A DNA stretch of 64,000 bases, taken from positions 36,890,001 to 36,954,000 of the forward strand of contig OZ024759.1 in assembly GCA_964016885.1 (NCBI GenBank), written 5' to 3'. Below the pieces are notes generated by a model that had not been told where the DNA came from, did not search any database, and saw only the letters and a list, made by a program, of their open reading frames with translations. The translations under genes and the position numbers were made by a program. The DNA comes from Eledone cirrhosa. Taxonomy: Eukaryota. Below are positions 26,701-42,300 of this stretch, in pieces; within the stretch, counting starts at the first letter, position 1; every line of letters starts with the position of its first letter.

Positions 26701-27608
26701 GTGAGGGGGAGTGGTGATAGGGTGGTAGAGTGGTGGTGGTGGGAAGAAGAGGTACTATATAGTGGGGTGTGGGGCCGTGAAGTGTGGGGATGAAGAGAAA
26801 GGTGGTGGTGTAGGCGACGAGCAATAGACGGTGGAGGTGGGAGTGTAGAGATGAGGAGGTGTGTGTATGTGTACGTATGTCTGTGTGTGTGTGTAGGAGA
26901 GTGTGTATGTTTGTGTTTGAGTTTGTGTATGTGTGTGTACGTATGTTTGTGTATGTATGTGTACGTATGTTTGTGTGTGTGTATATCTGTGTGTATGTAT
27001 GTGAACGTATGTGTGTGTGTGTGTGTGTGTGTACGTGTACGTATGTTTGTGTGTGTATCTGTGTGTAAGAAGAGGTGAGACAAAAACAACACCCCACCCT
27101 TCTCGCGCTACAGTCATCAATGGATAAAGGAAGAGACCCTGGTGGTGTAGGGGAGACAAAAGGGGCCGCTTACAGTGTCCATCCACCCGTTTCCCCACCA
27201 TTACCACCCGCCATATCATGTCACACAAATGGTAAACCCATTAAAAGGTCAAGGGAAGACTTTCTTCTCTCAAACACTGACCCATGATACTTAAAAGATA
27301 TGAGAAGAGCTATTTCACACCCTATAAAAATATCGACACCGCAAATACCAGCACACCCACACACATATGACAAACTCACATACATACACACACACACACA
27401 CACATACACATACATACATGTACACACACACACATACACGTACATGCACATTATATATATATATGTGTTGTATTGAAGCGAATTGAACTGTCTACTCTGG
27501 GAGTTTACTTAACATTACCTATTGAGTACACTGAGATGCAACCGGTCCTAGCTGTGAAACCCATGCTAGTTCCGTCAACTTATTATATATATACGTATAT
27601 GGATAGAT

Positions 27609-27740
27609 GGTGAATTGGCGAAGTCGTTAGAATGTCGGGTAGAATACTTTGAGGAATTTGTTCTGGTTCCAAACCTGCCGAAGTCAAGAAAAATATGCCA
27701 ATCCAGTCCAGGGGTCGATTCCCTCTCTCTCTCTCTAGCT

Positions 27741-27787
<47 letters not shown>

Positions 27788-28160
27788 TCTGGAAAAAAAT
27801 GAATGAAACAAATGATAGAATAAAATACGAAGCGATGAGATTATACACACATACATACACACACACACATTGTGAACAGACACACACACATTGTGAACAC
27901 GTACATATACGCACATTGTGAACTCTCTCTCTCACTCTATCTCTCTCTCAATAACAATGGCGAGTATGTAAGTTTTAAAGACAGTCAATTGAGTCGTTAG
28001 GACGTCGGCTCGAATGTTTTTGCGGTGTTTGTTCTGGTTCTCTGATCTCTGAGATCAAACAACGACCTTTTCAATGGATTCAGTCGATCATATCGACCAC
28101 AGTATTCCTTTGTTCAAGACTAGGATTTATTTTATCGATTTTCTACTGTCGAACCACTGG
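27609..28160 (+). mobile_element. Two decayed tRNA-derived SINE fragments (27609-27720 and ~27990-28160)
   Basis: Heads read TGGCGAAGTCGTTAGAATGTCGG and GAGTCGTTAGGACGTCGG. These resemble the reverse complement of 42870-42917. Confidence 0.5.
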
Positions 28161-28337
28161 GTTATAGATACGTATTATGTTTTTTAACTTAATTGAAGAA
28201 GACTCGAGGATTTAGTGAGAGGATTTGGCCGAGTTTCGGGATTTCTGATAGAAGGTATTGCGCTTAAAGAGGTTTACAGTGCCCAAGACACACCGTATGT
28301 CATTACGGCGCCACAGAGATTCCACCAGGAGTAACTG

Positions 28338-28395
<58 letters not shown>

Positions 28396-28924
28396 ACAGA
28401 CACACAGACACAGAGACAGACAGACAGACAGACGTATTTACATGTTATTAAATGCCGGGATGGACACAATGTCATACACTTATTTTACTAAACGATAAAA
28501 TAAACACAGACATTATATATGTGTGTGCGTGTGTTTATTTACACCTACACGTATATATGTATATTTATCTACACACACACACACACACACCTATATATTT
28601 AGATCTATACATACATAGGCATATCTATATTTTCACATACACACATATATTTACATACAATTTGTATGCATATATATATATATATTTGTGTGTGTATATA
28701 TATATATATATACACACACACACAAGCACGTATGTTTAAGATCATCAGCAAAAGTACTTATGTTCTGAGACACACATCGCTTACGTTTGTTTATATATAC
28801 ATTCAACGCAGTTTATTTTCATATGCCATGTATTTATGTATTCAAAACTTATATTAACAGTGTATATAATATATACAACATTGTACTTATCGTGTATACC
28901 AAACCCTCGTCTTCATCTTCATTA

Positions 28925-29128
28925 GTTTCTTCTTCCATTTATTCCTGACAGGGTGGGGCTCGAGGTGGTAGAGTCCTTAGACACGCCTTCCTGGGAATCC
29001 TGACTGAAGCAGCCATCTCTCGAAATGACCCGAATGTATGCTCCAAGTATGACCAAGCATGATTATTTTGCTCGGGGCCGAGCTCTGGGTCTCCCGTCGG
29101 CTGCATCTTTGGCTGTAAAACCTCTCCT
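28925..29128 (-). mobile_element. Decayed RTE 3' end
   Basis: Minus strand GGAGAGGTTTTAC..GACCCAGAG..GGAAGGCGTGTCTAAGGACTCT..CAGGAATAAATGG is colinear with 51675-51860. Confidence 0.6.
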
Positions 29129-29279
29129 ACGATTTATTTCCTTTTAACATTGGAACTAATTGTCCCTAGTAACAGAGTTGTGATCTCTCGAGGCCGAGAA
29201 GAAGGAGCACTTTCTTGATCGGCACCTTTCTTTATCTCCGTGCTGGGCAACTCGAGAAACGAAGTGTAATAATTTATTA

Positions 29280-29592
29280 ATAACGAATGCACTCGCATTG
29301 GAGTGACCCAACGCCTCAGCCTCCTTATGTGTGAGCCATATAAATGCCATTGCGTGGTGGTCGTCGATAAGTTCGGCCTGCACCCATTGTCTTGCGGCCA
29401 GAGCACAGGCCGGTTCCCCCGACAGGCCGCTCTCAACGACAGATTGAGAAGGAGCTTGGACGCAGCTAGCTTCCCATCACAACTGGAACCAGAGACGGAA
29501 AACGCCCGATGGAATTACCCTCTTCCCATTCGAAGGAGGTAGATCCCTTATCTGAGATGCTGGTATGACACGTTCTCAACCTCCAACTTAGT
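29280..29592 (+). mobile_element. CRE-like non-LTR retrotransposon fragment: CCHC knuckle plus restriction-like endonuclease
   Basis: RIGVTQRLSLLMCEPYKCHCVVVVDKFGLHPLSC..GRFPRQAALND.LRRSL..PSQLEP, then after a frameshift RDGKRPDGITLFPFEGGRSLI*D. Shows the CCHC, RH..(L)ND and RPD..WD motifs of RLE domains. Confidence 0.85.
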
Positions 29593-30118
29593 CCTCGGGC
29601 GTATTTGAACCCCGTACTACCGAGCTCCCCCGCAAGATTGGAAAGTTGGCAGCACGTCTGAGGAAGGAGCTACGCGAGGTGGGGTGGTTGTTGCAGTGGG
29701 TGTCGCTGGCCATTGTCCACGGAAATATTTATGCGGTCTTGTCCGCAGGGAGCAGGGCCAACATCGCCGTGCACTAGGCCCAGAGCACTTCACCGTCCTC
29801 TTTCCCCCACCCAAACTTCTCTGATCCTAGAGACTTCACCCTTCCTTTTGTGTGTGTTAAAAATTAATAGAGTTGATCACTAAAACTATAAGACGACAGA
29901 AGTCTTCAGGGTAATATTGTAATATTCCGTGTCATTTTCTGCGACTTGTTTACCATATGCTCGGGTCAGGTCTATGGTAAATGACAATTACCCACAATTC
30001 CAGGCAATAGGATTGATCAAGAAGCGAACCTCTTACCAATACGTACATGGTGTGTCCATAATAACATAAATCGTACCTTTTATATCTTGCAACTGTACAT
30101 ATATCTATATATATATAG

Positions 30119-31243
30119 ATTTCTTTATTTACCATAAAGGCATAAAAAGAAGGGACAAATACAAAGGGGGAGTTTACATATAATCGAGTAAAAAGGGTGT
30201 AACATGAAAATAATCGAAAATAACCTCAAAAGGGAGGGGACGTGATGGGGGTTGCACACACCCCCGAAAAAGTGTGCAATCCTTTGCCCGGGGAGCACAT
30301 GGAGAAGGTGCTCCCCTCTCCTTTACTTCTTTACCTACAGGATGGTATACAGAGAAGGCCCATTTACACGAGCCATTCTCGCCACTATCACCCACCTTTC
30401 ATAAAACTGCCTGTGGCCAAGCACCTCTCTCTCCATTCTTATCCTTCTTCCGAAGTGATATCGGAAGAAGTAGACCAGACTATGGCCAGAGAGGAAGTTG
30501 CCTGACCTCAGACCTTTCAATCGTGTCCACCAAACAACCTCTTTCAACATGGCTATTACGCACAGAAAAACCGCCTTTGCTTCCTTTGTGAAGAGGGGAG
30601 GCGGTTTGATTGTCATCACGGACTCGGCTGTCAATTTAATCGGCGCCACCCGCGACAGCAGTTGTTCGGCGTAGCCCCACAGATCAGCCACGCCCGGACA
30701 TTGCACCAATGCGTGCGCCACGGTTTCTTCGTGACGCACGCATCTAGGGCAAATCTTTTTTGAGGGATCCCTGCCCGGGCGCCCGTGTCTGTAGAGCCTC
30801 TCTCGAACGGGTAGAGCCCCTCGGTAGCACTGCCAGGCCAGTGACTTCTGGAAGTTGTCCATTGGTCCTGGGCCGAAAGTCCTACCGAACAGGCTGGCCA
30901 GTTCGTCTTCTTCCATGTCCAGCGACTCTCCAAGGGTGTCATCGCCCCTGCTAGCCACCAGCCCTCTATAGAATGATGAGGTGGATTCTCCACCGATGGC
31001 CCGGCCCGCTTGCCAGAGAGCCCTGAGCGCCTGAGCACACTCAGTGTGCCAGTCTCCCAGTTTTCCGGATCTTTGCTTGACCCAGGACTGTAGCTCGGTG
31101 AGTGAGACGAGTCTCGGAAAGGCTCGTTTCACGAACGGAGCCCACACCGGTTGACCAGTGAGGAATACCTGTAGGTGCCGTAGCCTTAATGCGTGCCTAC
31201 GCATCATCAACCACGGCATCCCCAGCCCTCCTTTCGAAGAGAG
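30119..31243 (-). mobile_element. 5'-truncated Tx1/L1-clade LINE: ORF2 C-terminus (zf-RVT) plus 3' UTR
   Basis: Uninterrupted ~300-codon frame (30335-31219+) with KGGLGMP, LPVRERL and CPRC-X8-H-X4-C (CPRCVRHEETVAHALVQC). The 3' end reads AATAAAGAAATCTAT. GC- and CpG-rich, consistent with a young copy. Confidence 0.9.
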
Positions 31244-31403
31244 TTACATACGGAATTTCAGCAATCTATATACAGTAAAATATAAATGGAATGACAACCA
31301 CATCAACAATGTTATGAATGTATATATGAATATATACGTATTTGTGGGTGTATATATATATATATGTGTGTGTATGATGTGAATGTAAGTATGTATATGT
31401 ATG

Positions 31404-31434
<31 letters not shown>

Positions 31435-31980
31435 TTGTGTTTGTGTTTGTGTGTCTGTGTGTAAGTACATACATGTATGTATGTATGTATGTATGTATGT
31501 ATGTATGTATATATACACATACGGGTGGTGTATATGTATTTCAGAACGAATGTCAATAAATGTTAATAAACCTTGATAAAAGTTGCAAAGAATGTGTATA
31601 CATATAAATATATTCTCTGACAAAGAATGTATACATACATTATATATAAATATATATATATATATATAAATATACATTATATATACATTATATATATATG
31701 TGTGTGTATATGTACATATATATATATGATATGTATATAATGTAGATTTGTACATACATACCAACAGTCAACCACACACATATAACGTATAATTGGAATC
31801 GAATGGCAGAGAGAACGAATCTATTGAAAACTGTTCATTCGAAATATATATATTTAAGTAATTTCATCATCTATATCATATGGTTTGCAACCGATATCAA
31901 TATATGTATATATGTATGTATATATGTATGTATATATGTATATATATGTATGTATATATGTATATATAAGTATGTATATG

Positions 31981-32013
<33 letters not shown>

Positions 32014-32026
32014 ATATGTGTGTATA

Positions 32027-32059
<33 letters not shown>

Positions 32060-32060
32060 G

Positions 32061-32111
<51 letters not shown>

Positions 32112-32276
32112 GTGTGTGTGTGTGTGTGTGTATATATATGTGTGCGTGTGTATGTATGTATATATATGTGTGTGTATATATATATGTATGTGTGTGTGTA
32201 TATATGTATATGTGTGTGTGTATATAAATATATATGTAGGTATATATGTATGTATATAGATAGATAGATATGTTTT

Positions 32277-32328
<52 letters not shown>

Positions 32329-32467
32329 CATACATATATATATATATATATACATACATACATATACACATACATTATACATATATATTGATGTTCTAGT
32401 TAATGTATTTTTTTTAACGTTAAATTACCTCTACGAAGATTCATATATATCATCTTGCGTGCACGTT

Positions 32468-32500
<33 letters not shown>

Positions 32501-32557
32501 GCAAACATGCACAGAAATACATTCAGACACACACACAAGTATATACACATACATGTT

Positions 32558-32590
<33 letters not shown>

Positions 32591-32854
32591 GAATGCCATG
32601 TTACCCGGGTCAATAACTGCCGCTTATAAAAGCCACGTATTGCCAAATATTGAACGCAGAACAGAACAAGATATAATATAATATAATATAATATAATATA
32701 ATATAATGGCTGACAAAAGATGTCAGACATTGAGATGGACAAAAATATAAATGGAAGCCGAAACGAAAAACGAAATATATACATACATGTGTATATAGAG
32801 AAAAATGGAAGAGGAAGCAAGATTCACTACATATATAGATATACACACACACAA

Positions 32855-32937
<83 letters not shown>

Positions 32938-33030
32938 TTGCATTTATATAAATATGTATATATATATATATACAGTATGTGTATACTATATATATATATA
33001 TATATATTTGTATGTGTCTATGTATATATG

Positions 33031-33063
<33 letters not shown>

Positions 33064-33341
33064 CTGTGTATATATATACACATACGTGTATGTATAAGAG
33101 AGAGTAAGTGAAAATATTTATCCTGATATACAAAACACAAAAGAAAATGTCAAGAAATATAAATGGTCCGTGCTATTTAAATATATTGTCTATATATATA
33201 TATATATATATACATTATATATTGGGTATATATTTTTATATATTGTGAATATATTTATCTAATAATATCTGATACTGAAAATAATGTGTGTGTGGATTAA
33301 TACATGTGTGCATGTTTGTATGTATATATGTTCATGTAGGC

Positions 33342-33377
<36 letters not shown>

Positions 33378-33422
33378 ATTTGCGAATATATGCGTGGTTT
33401 TGTGCGTGTTACACCGCCAGTG

Positions 33423-33484
<62 letters not shown>

Positions 33485-33772
33485 GACACACACACATATA
33501 TATATATATAGACACACACACATATATATATATAGACACACACACATATATATTCAGATATGTGTGTGTATATATATATGTGTGTGTGTATGTGTGTACA
33601 TTACTAACATCTCTTAAGAATCACATAACTATGTTGTTCGATTGTCTCTTAAACAATTCAATCTCTCTCTCTCTCTCTCTCTATGTATATATATATATCA
33701 ATAACTTTTTTTAAATTTTAAGCGCAAATGAATCACATACATATAGATGTCTGTCTCTTTCTATACACACAC

Positions 33773-33810
<38 letters not shown>

Positions 33811-33855
33811 GTTTGTGTGTGTATATATATATACACACACACATGTATATATATA

Positions 33856-33891
<36 letters not shown>

Positions 33892-33897
33892 TATATG

Positions 33898-33929
<32 letters not shown>

Positions 33930-34904
33930 TATATGTATATATATATATATATGTATATATATGTATATATATATGTATATATATATATATGTATATAGAT
34001 ATATATATATATATATATGTATGTATATATATATATATATGTATGTATAGATATATATATATATGTATGTATAGATATATATATATATATGTATGTATAG
34101 ATATATATATATATATGTATGTATAGATATATATATATACATGTATATGTATACGCATATATGTGCATGCACATTTATACATCCATTCAATTCCTGCATG
34201 TATATATACTCATATATTGTAAGCGTATATATACATAAATATACAGACCCCCCCCACACACACACACACATACACACACATCTGTTAGACATGGGGTGGA
34301 CGGGCAGTCACGCAGACCCACACACAGACTGACAGACAGATATAATCAAGAAATTTACATTGACATACATTGCCGTATAATTCAATAATGTTCAATGACC
34401 AACATGTGTGCTTATATTGATTGGTGGGGTGTAGGTTAGGGGGTTATGGGTGAGGTGGTGCTGGTTTACGTGAGGTGGAAAACACTTTCCGCTCCACTGA
34501 TTTTTCACTTGGCCGAATTTCCGCTCGAATGAGTTTCAACTTGGCTCAATTTCTCCTCCGACCCCCTCCGTAAACATAACTAGATTTTGATATTGAAAGA
34601 ATAAATGAGAACATTTGCTTACGGACGCCTGCTGCATGATAACGTAACAGTAAAGTAGGAACTAGAGGGGTCTAATATTAGTTTTATTATCTGTTACTAG
34701 ATGTGGTGAGTATGTGTTAGTATTTATGAGATTTAGATTAAACACACACACGTGTGCGTGCGTGTGTGTGTGTGTGTGTGTGTGTGTAAGTGTGTCTAAG
34801 TGTGTCTAAGTGTATGTGTAAGTGTATATATAAGTGTGTATGTACCTGTCTGAAACTGGTGTTATATATTATGTATATATATGTATATATATATATGTGT
34901 GTGC

Positions 34905-34941
<37 letters not shown>

Positions 34942-34969
34942 TATATCTAGGGAGTGTTACCACTACAGA

Positions 34970-35043
34970 GGTCCGACGAGCTTTTGATTCCAGATCGATA
35001 CAGATCGAACCTTAAGCTGATCAGTAGCGAAACACGCGTCACC
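34970..35043 (+). ncRNA. Hammerhead ribozyme with mutated core (paralog of 60053-60137)
   Basis: GGT [CCGACGA] GC..GC [GAA] ACACGCGT C ACC, with a U4-to-C change in the core. It lies in a ~135-bp island between (TA)n tracts. Confidence 0.65.
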
Positions 35044-35080
35044 AACCAATAAACATAATGAAGGAGTAACCATTCTTCCT

Positions 35081-35137
<57 letters not shown>

Positions 35138-35141
<4 letters not shown>

Positions 35142-35208
35142 AGATTCAGGACCCCGACGGCTGAGCTCCGGACGTTTTGACAGCCAGATGCCAAGTATCG
35201 AGTACTTG
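35138..35208. mobile_element. TA-embedded foldback element family, copy D (partial, opposite orientation)
   Basis: Reverse complement reads AGTACTCGATACTT/GGCATCTGGCTGTCAAAACGTCCGGAGCTCAGCCGTCGGGGTCCTG. Confidence 0.75.
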
Positions 35209-35209
35209 A

Positions 35210-35540
35210 GGTCGGTCCAAGGGGGGAAACTGTGTGGGTATATATGTTTGGAAGTCCACCCCTATCACATATTTTGACATATATGATTTTACAATGTTCT
35301 CTGGTCGGTCCAAGTAGGAATTGGGGGACAGGGTAATGTTTTGAAGACCGCCCTTGTCATAAACTTTGTCCTACAACCTTTACCATGTTCTGGGGTGGGT
35401 CTAAGGGTGAAACTGACCACAATGTAATATATGGAAGTATGTCCTTGTCACACACTGTGTCTTACAGCCTTTACCATATTCTCTGGGTGGTCCAAGGGTC
35501 AAACTGGCGTCTCCCTTGTCCACCCTTGTCACACTGTGTT
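35210..35540. repeat. Degenerate ~92-bp tandem repeat x ~3.5
   Basis: GGTC(C/T)AAG recurs at ~35214, 35307, 35398 and 35489, each followed by CCTTGTCA..TTTAC(A/C)AT motifs. Confidence 0.7.
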
Positions 35541-35625
35541 TTGCTCATTGTCTTCTCCTTTCTATCGTCCACGTCATCTTCGTCTTTATCTTTCTTTAAA
35601 TATTTACTACTATTACTAAATGTAC

Positions 35626-35683
<58 letters not shown>

Positions 35684-35991
35684 GGTGTTGGATGTTTAAA
35701 GCGTCCGCATGCGGTAGACCGTATGAGCACTCAATGCCCTCGTATTTCAGAGTCAGGTTTGATCACCATATTGATCGTGCCTCGATCTGGTCGCCCGAGA
35801 AACAATTGTAATATGTCCAATAAATTCATTTCGTCGCAACACTGATTCTCTTTTTTCTGTGATATATATATATATATATATATAATACATATATATATAT
35901 ATATATAATATATATATATATTATGAATATATATATTTATATATATATATTCTCCTTTACTCTTTTACCTGTTCCAGCCTTCCGGCTGAGG

Positions 35992-36045
<54 letters not shown>

Positions 36046-36073
36046 TAGATACACATATATATACACACACACT

Positions 36074-36110
<37 letters not shown>

Positions 36111-36113
<3 letters not shown>

Positions 36114-36192
36114 CAAAAATGTATACACACTTTGAGAACTGTACAAACAATAGCTATTAGAATGGTGTATACATTTTGGGGGACACCCTATA
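36111..36192. mobile_element. Tiny Tc1/mariner-type MITE remnant
   Basis: Inverted ends CCAAAAATGTATACAC / GTGTATACATTTTGGGGGACACCCTA-TA. The left TIR is eroded into (TA)n. Confidence 0.55.
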
Positions 36193-36515
36193 TATAACAT
36201 TAATAATAATAAGTGTGGCTATTATTGGGTATAGACTGTTGGAGTTTCTTATTCTTTATATATACATACACATGTACTTATGTATATATATGTGGATATA
36301 TATATATTTATGAATGTATATGTGTGTATATAATACATGTATATATATATATGTTTATATATTTATATACATGTATTATATATATACATATACATACACA
36401 CATATATATATATGTATTATATATATACATATATACACACACAAATATCTATATATATATATATATACATACACACACATATATATATACAAATAAGTAT
36501 TATATATATACATAT

Positions 36516-36566
<51 letters not shown>

Positions 36567-36929
36567 AATATATATAAATATATATATATATGTGTGATAT
36601 ATATATATATGTGTGATATATATATATATAAATATATATATATATGTGTGATATATATATATATATATGTGATATATATATATATATGTGATATATTGCT
36701 GCAGCATTTCAACAATGTATGACAGAAACAACCCGAGTAATTCTGGTTGCTGGACACCAAAACATAAACCATACTGAATTTGTGCTCCAACAGAAGCGAA
36801 CAAAACAGACGCTGATCTCTGTAGCTGCTATTAAACTTATTTAGTTTATATATCTATATAGAATGCCTATATTTCTGTGCCTATATCTATACAAACATAC
36901 ACACGTGCATATATGTACGTGTGTATGTG

Positions 36930-36992
36930 TGTGTATAAATATATATATGTATATATATGTATATATATATATATGTATGTATATATATGTAT

Positions 36993-37033
<41 letters not shown>

Positions 37034-37975
37034 TGTGTATATATATATATGTGTATATATATATATGTGTATATATATATATGTATGTATATATATATAT
37101 GTGTATATATATATATGTGTATATATATATATGTGTATATATATATATGTGTATATATATATATGTGTATATATATATATATGTGTATATATATATATAT
37201 GTGTATATATATATATATGTGTATATATATATGTGTATATATATGTGTGTATGTATATATATGTGTGTATATATATGTGTGTATATATATATATGTGTAT
37301 ATATATATATATGTGTATATATATATATGTGTATATATATATATGTGTATATATATATATGTGTATATATATATATGTGTATATATATATATGTGTGTAT
37401 ATATATATATGTGTGTATATATATATATGTGTGTATATATATATATGTGTGTATATATATATATGTGTATATATATATATATGTGTATATATATATATAT
37501 GTGTGTATATATATATATGTGTGTATATATATATATATGTGTATATATATATATGTGTGTATATATATATGTGTATATATATATGTGTATATATATATGT
37601 GTATATATATATGTGTATATATATATATGTGTATATATATATATGTGTGTATATATATATGTGTATATATATATGTGTATATATATATGTGTATATATAT
37701 ATGTGTATATATATGTGTGTATATATATATGTGTATATATATATGTGTATATATATATGTGTATTTAAAAATGTGTGTATTTAAAAATGTGTGTATATAT
37801 ATGTGTGTATATATATATGTGTGTATATATATATGTGTGTATATATATATGTGTGTATATATATATATGTGTGTATATATATATATGTGTGTATGTATAT
37901 ATATATGTGTGTATATATATATATATGTGTATATATATATATATGTGTATATATATATATGTGTGTATATATATA

Positions 37976-38024
<49 letters not shown>

Positions 38025-38050
38025 ATATATATATATATATATGTGTGTGT
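36930..38050. repeat. Long compound (TA)n(TG)n microsatellite
   Basis: Directly visible. Confidence 0.95.
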
Positions 38051-38336
38051 GTGAGAGGGAGAGAGACGGGGAATATAGATGTGTGGATAGGGGTGTAGTT
38101 AGATATTTCCTAAAATGAAAGAATTACGATGGTAATAATAATAATAATGATAATAATAAAATTATTGGTAATAATAACAATAATAATAATAATATAGAAA
38201 TGTACCAAACCAAAAAAAGCAAGTAAGAAGGGAACAAAAGTAAAATACAGAACATATGTAGACATACATTTATTTACATCATAAAAGACCAGTATATAAG
38301 ATTATGTGGTCCGGTCTTACCAGAAAGGAAAAATAT

Positions 38337-38384
<48 letters not shown>

Positions 38385-39279
38385 ATATATATAAACGCAT
38401 TTATTGATATATATATTTCTACTTTGTTCTATCGTAGTTCGATTGATTCTTTCGCTAAACCAACATTACGAAAAAACAAAACAAAGAATAAAATAATAAT
38501 AATAAAGACATTTTAAACACACACACAAATATATATATATATATGTCTATATATACATATATATGTATATAGAAACAAATATAAGTTTTGGTATGGCGAT
38601 AGTGTGCCACAGAGAAAAAAAAGAAAAAGATCCGCTCTAAACCAGTACACTAACACAAGGCACTGCCAGAACGTAAGACAAAACATCACCACCAAACCAT
38701 CGCCTAAATAAAAAGCCTAAACTAATACAACACAACACAGAACAGAACAGAACAGAACAGAAAAGATTAGAACACTAACAAATAAACAAACAAAAAAAAA
38801 AAAATGAAAAAACCAAACCAAACAAAATAAAACAAAAATACAATGAGAGACAAGATGGAGGGGAAAAATGGCGGAACAAACGCAGCAAAAACGATATAAA
38901 ACTAAAGATTAAAAAAATATAGAAAAATAACGACAAGCACAATATGAATATGAAGAAAAGTCCCAGAAAAAAATAGCAGGAATCAAATTCTCTTATTTCT
39001 ATTCTACTTATTTTTGTGATATGCTAAAATCTTCTTTGGTAATTTCTACAGCCTTAGTTGATAATGGAATACGGCCATACGGCTCCATAAGGCTAATCTG
39101 AAATTGCCTTTCTGCACACATTTATCTCAAACCAACTATTGTCTGTGTGTGTGTGTGTATGTATATATGGGTCTGTGAGTGTGTGTGTATCTGTGTGTGA
39201 GTGTGTGATTGTTGAGGGATGTAAGTGTGTATGGGTTTATAAATGGCTATGTGTATATGTGCGCAGATATGCGTTCATC

Positions 39280-39354
<75 letters not shown>

Positions 39355-39581
39355 TTCACGCATTCGTTCATTTTTTTTTACTAGTACTTCATCTCCAGGC
39401 TCTCTCTCTCTCTCTCTCTCTCCATACATCCTCTCACTCACACATATACACACATACAAATACATATATGGGGAGGGGGTGATATGCCTCGGATTATAGA
39501 TAAACAATTCATTTATATATATATACATTCTGCACACATACACTATATATATATACTTTCTGCACATGTGCACTGTATGTA

Positions 39582-39617
<36 letters not shown>

Positions 39618-40164
39618 TGTATGTATGTATGTATGTATGTATGTATGTATGTATGTATTCGTCTAAATATCTATGGCTTTAGCATCTGACCTATGTAAGT
39701 ACTAACTAAAGATATTTTGATCCTTAATTTTTCGTACTGAGCAGCTTCGATTCCATGTTTTTACTTTATGACTGTGTCTGGGTGGGGGGGGGTCAACTAG
39801 GGGACCTGTGCTTTTGGCTGGCCTTAGTCCGATCGAACATATCTTAAATGTCTTGAAAATCTTTGAGAATCTACAAAACATAATAGAAAGAATATAGAAA
39901 TAAAAAGGCTTCTGCACCACCCCGCCCACCAATATATATTACTGCTGCATTAAAACTTCCTCCAGAGAATTACGGTTTTTATCTCTCATTCATACTACAT
40001 ACATATTTCTATACATACACAGATAGGTACATATTTCTATACATACATATATATGTGCATATTTCTATACATACATAGTATATATACATATATAAATATA
40101 TACACATATATACATATATACAAAACTTTGATAGATTTCGGCCAGTATTGGCCCGGGCCATGTC

Positions 40165-40745
40165 TAACTTAATAACACCACCTGGCGAAGTCTTTCAAAT
40201 CAGGATTTGGACACCTTGGCCCACTCAAGTAGAGTTATTGGTTACGGAGGTATATCCGGGATTTCTTGAAGGAATTTGTCCAAAGACTTCTCTAACTTGA
40301 TGGGGTCTGTTTCTGTTTTAATATGTTTTGGTGTAATATTAAAGAGAGCGGGGCCAATTGAGGTGAAATAATTGTAGAGTAATGTTGTTATGAGATGCAA
40401 GTTTGATTTTGTTGTAAGCGGATAGCACGGGGCCCAAACCTTGGGTGTAGTTTAAAGATTATAAGCAATGCTGGTGAACTATTTTCGTCATCATTCAGAT
40501 AATGCAGCGCTCACGACAGCGTCGGAGAGAATAAGGGTTGAGCTTTTCTTGTGGAACTCAATAGTCAAGGCCTGTCATGCCGTCTATCTTGTTTTCTATT
40601 TAACCTCAGGTGGTGCTTCAATCTTCATAATAGCTTTTGTGTGAGATGACCGCAGTGGACAACAGTTTTGAAGGTGGGGTCGGGCAAAGATGAGTAGAAT
40701 AGGAGGACAGCGTGGATATCTCTTGTCTGGAAAGTTCTGAGAATC
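40165..40745 (-). mobile_element. CR1-type LINE ORF2 C-terminal fragment (decayed)
   Basis: Minus-strand frames give FARPHLQNCCPLRSSHTKAIMKIEAP, KIDGMTGLDY* and EKLNPYSLRRCRERCII. Compare CR1 RPHLEYC..WSP..KIE..LDY.ERL..LNLYSL.RRRER. Confidence 0.8.
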
Positions 40746-41250
40746 CAGGATACATACATATATGCATACATATATGCATATATGCATACGTACGTATATA
40801 CATGGATTTATACATACATACATATTGATGAATGCACATATATATATATGTATATGCTTACATACAGACAGACATACATACATACATACATACATACATA
40901 CATACATACATACATACATACATACATACATACATACATACATACATACATACATACATACATACATACATACATACATACATACATACATCCATACATA
41001 TATATATACATGCATACTTACATTCATCTATACACGCATACTTGTATACATATATACATGCATACTTACATACATATATACATGCATAGTTATATACATA
41101 TATACATGCATAATTATATACATATTTACATGCACACTTATATACATATATACATGTATTCGTACACATACATACATAGACACACATACATACGTACATG
41201 CACATAGACACATATACATACATACAGACGTACGTACATACAGACGTACG

Positions 41251-41403
<153 letters not shown>

Positions 41404-42215
41404 GCAATGCTAATTCTCTCGTCTGAACTGACACTGCGCTCTGTCAAATAAAATACTGTTAGACATAGAAGAATCGTTTCGTTTCTGATCCTTGTAAAAC
41501 TGAAACAACAACAACAACCACAATAACAACACCAACCACCACAATAACAACAACAACCGTCAGCAAGTAATAGTAGCCACAATGATTTCATAAGGCAATG
41601 CATGACTCCATGACACTTGGCATCCGTAGTTTATCAGACCAGTTCAAACATCGCCTGACTCCTATATCCATTGTTAGTGGTAATTTCGAAAACGAAAACT
41701 AAAACGAACGGTTAGAAATGTCGGCCATTTTATTCCACAATTTATTATCTTCATCAGCGTTATTATTAGTATTAATAGTATTAATAGTAGTATTTTTATT
41801 TATATTTTGTTGTATTTTTTTTTTTTACTTTATTTTTTTTACTTTATTTTTTTTACTTTATTTATTGTATTGCATTTTCGCCATGGCACAAGAAAACCGC
41901 TTTTGGCAATCTGGGAGTTTTGAAAGCAAATTACAGTTGACTCGTTGACGGCGAATTTTTAAGCGTGACGAAACCCAGAGAAAACTTCCTTTACAGCATT
42001 CACATGTCAACTTTCTATTTCATTGGACTGGACACAGAATGGACACCATGGACGAATATATATTTATTTATTTATTTATTTACTTATCATAACGTAAGCA
42101 TCCTTACTAAACACTTTACGTAGGTCGCATGAGTAAGAAACAAATGAATTATGTTCGTTTGGACACTAATATTACTAATGATGAAGTTATTGTTTAGCTT
42201 CTGGTTCATTCTGAG

Positions 42216-42300
<85 letters not shown>

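Noticed and set aside
38640-38670. miR-34-like sequence on the minus strand (TGGCAGTG..)
   Set aside because: Only the seed matches, and there is no precursor hairpin with a complementary star arm.
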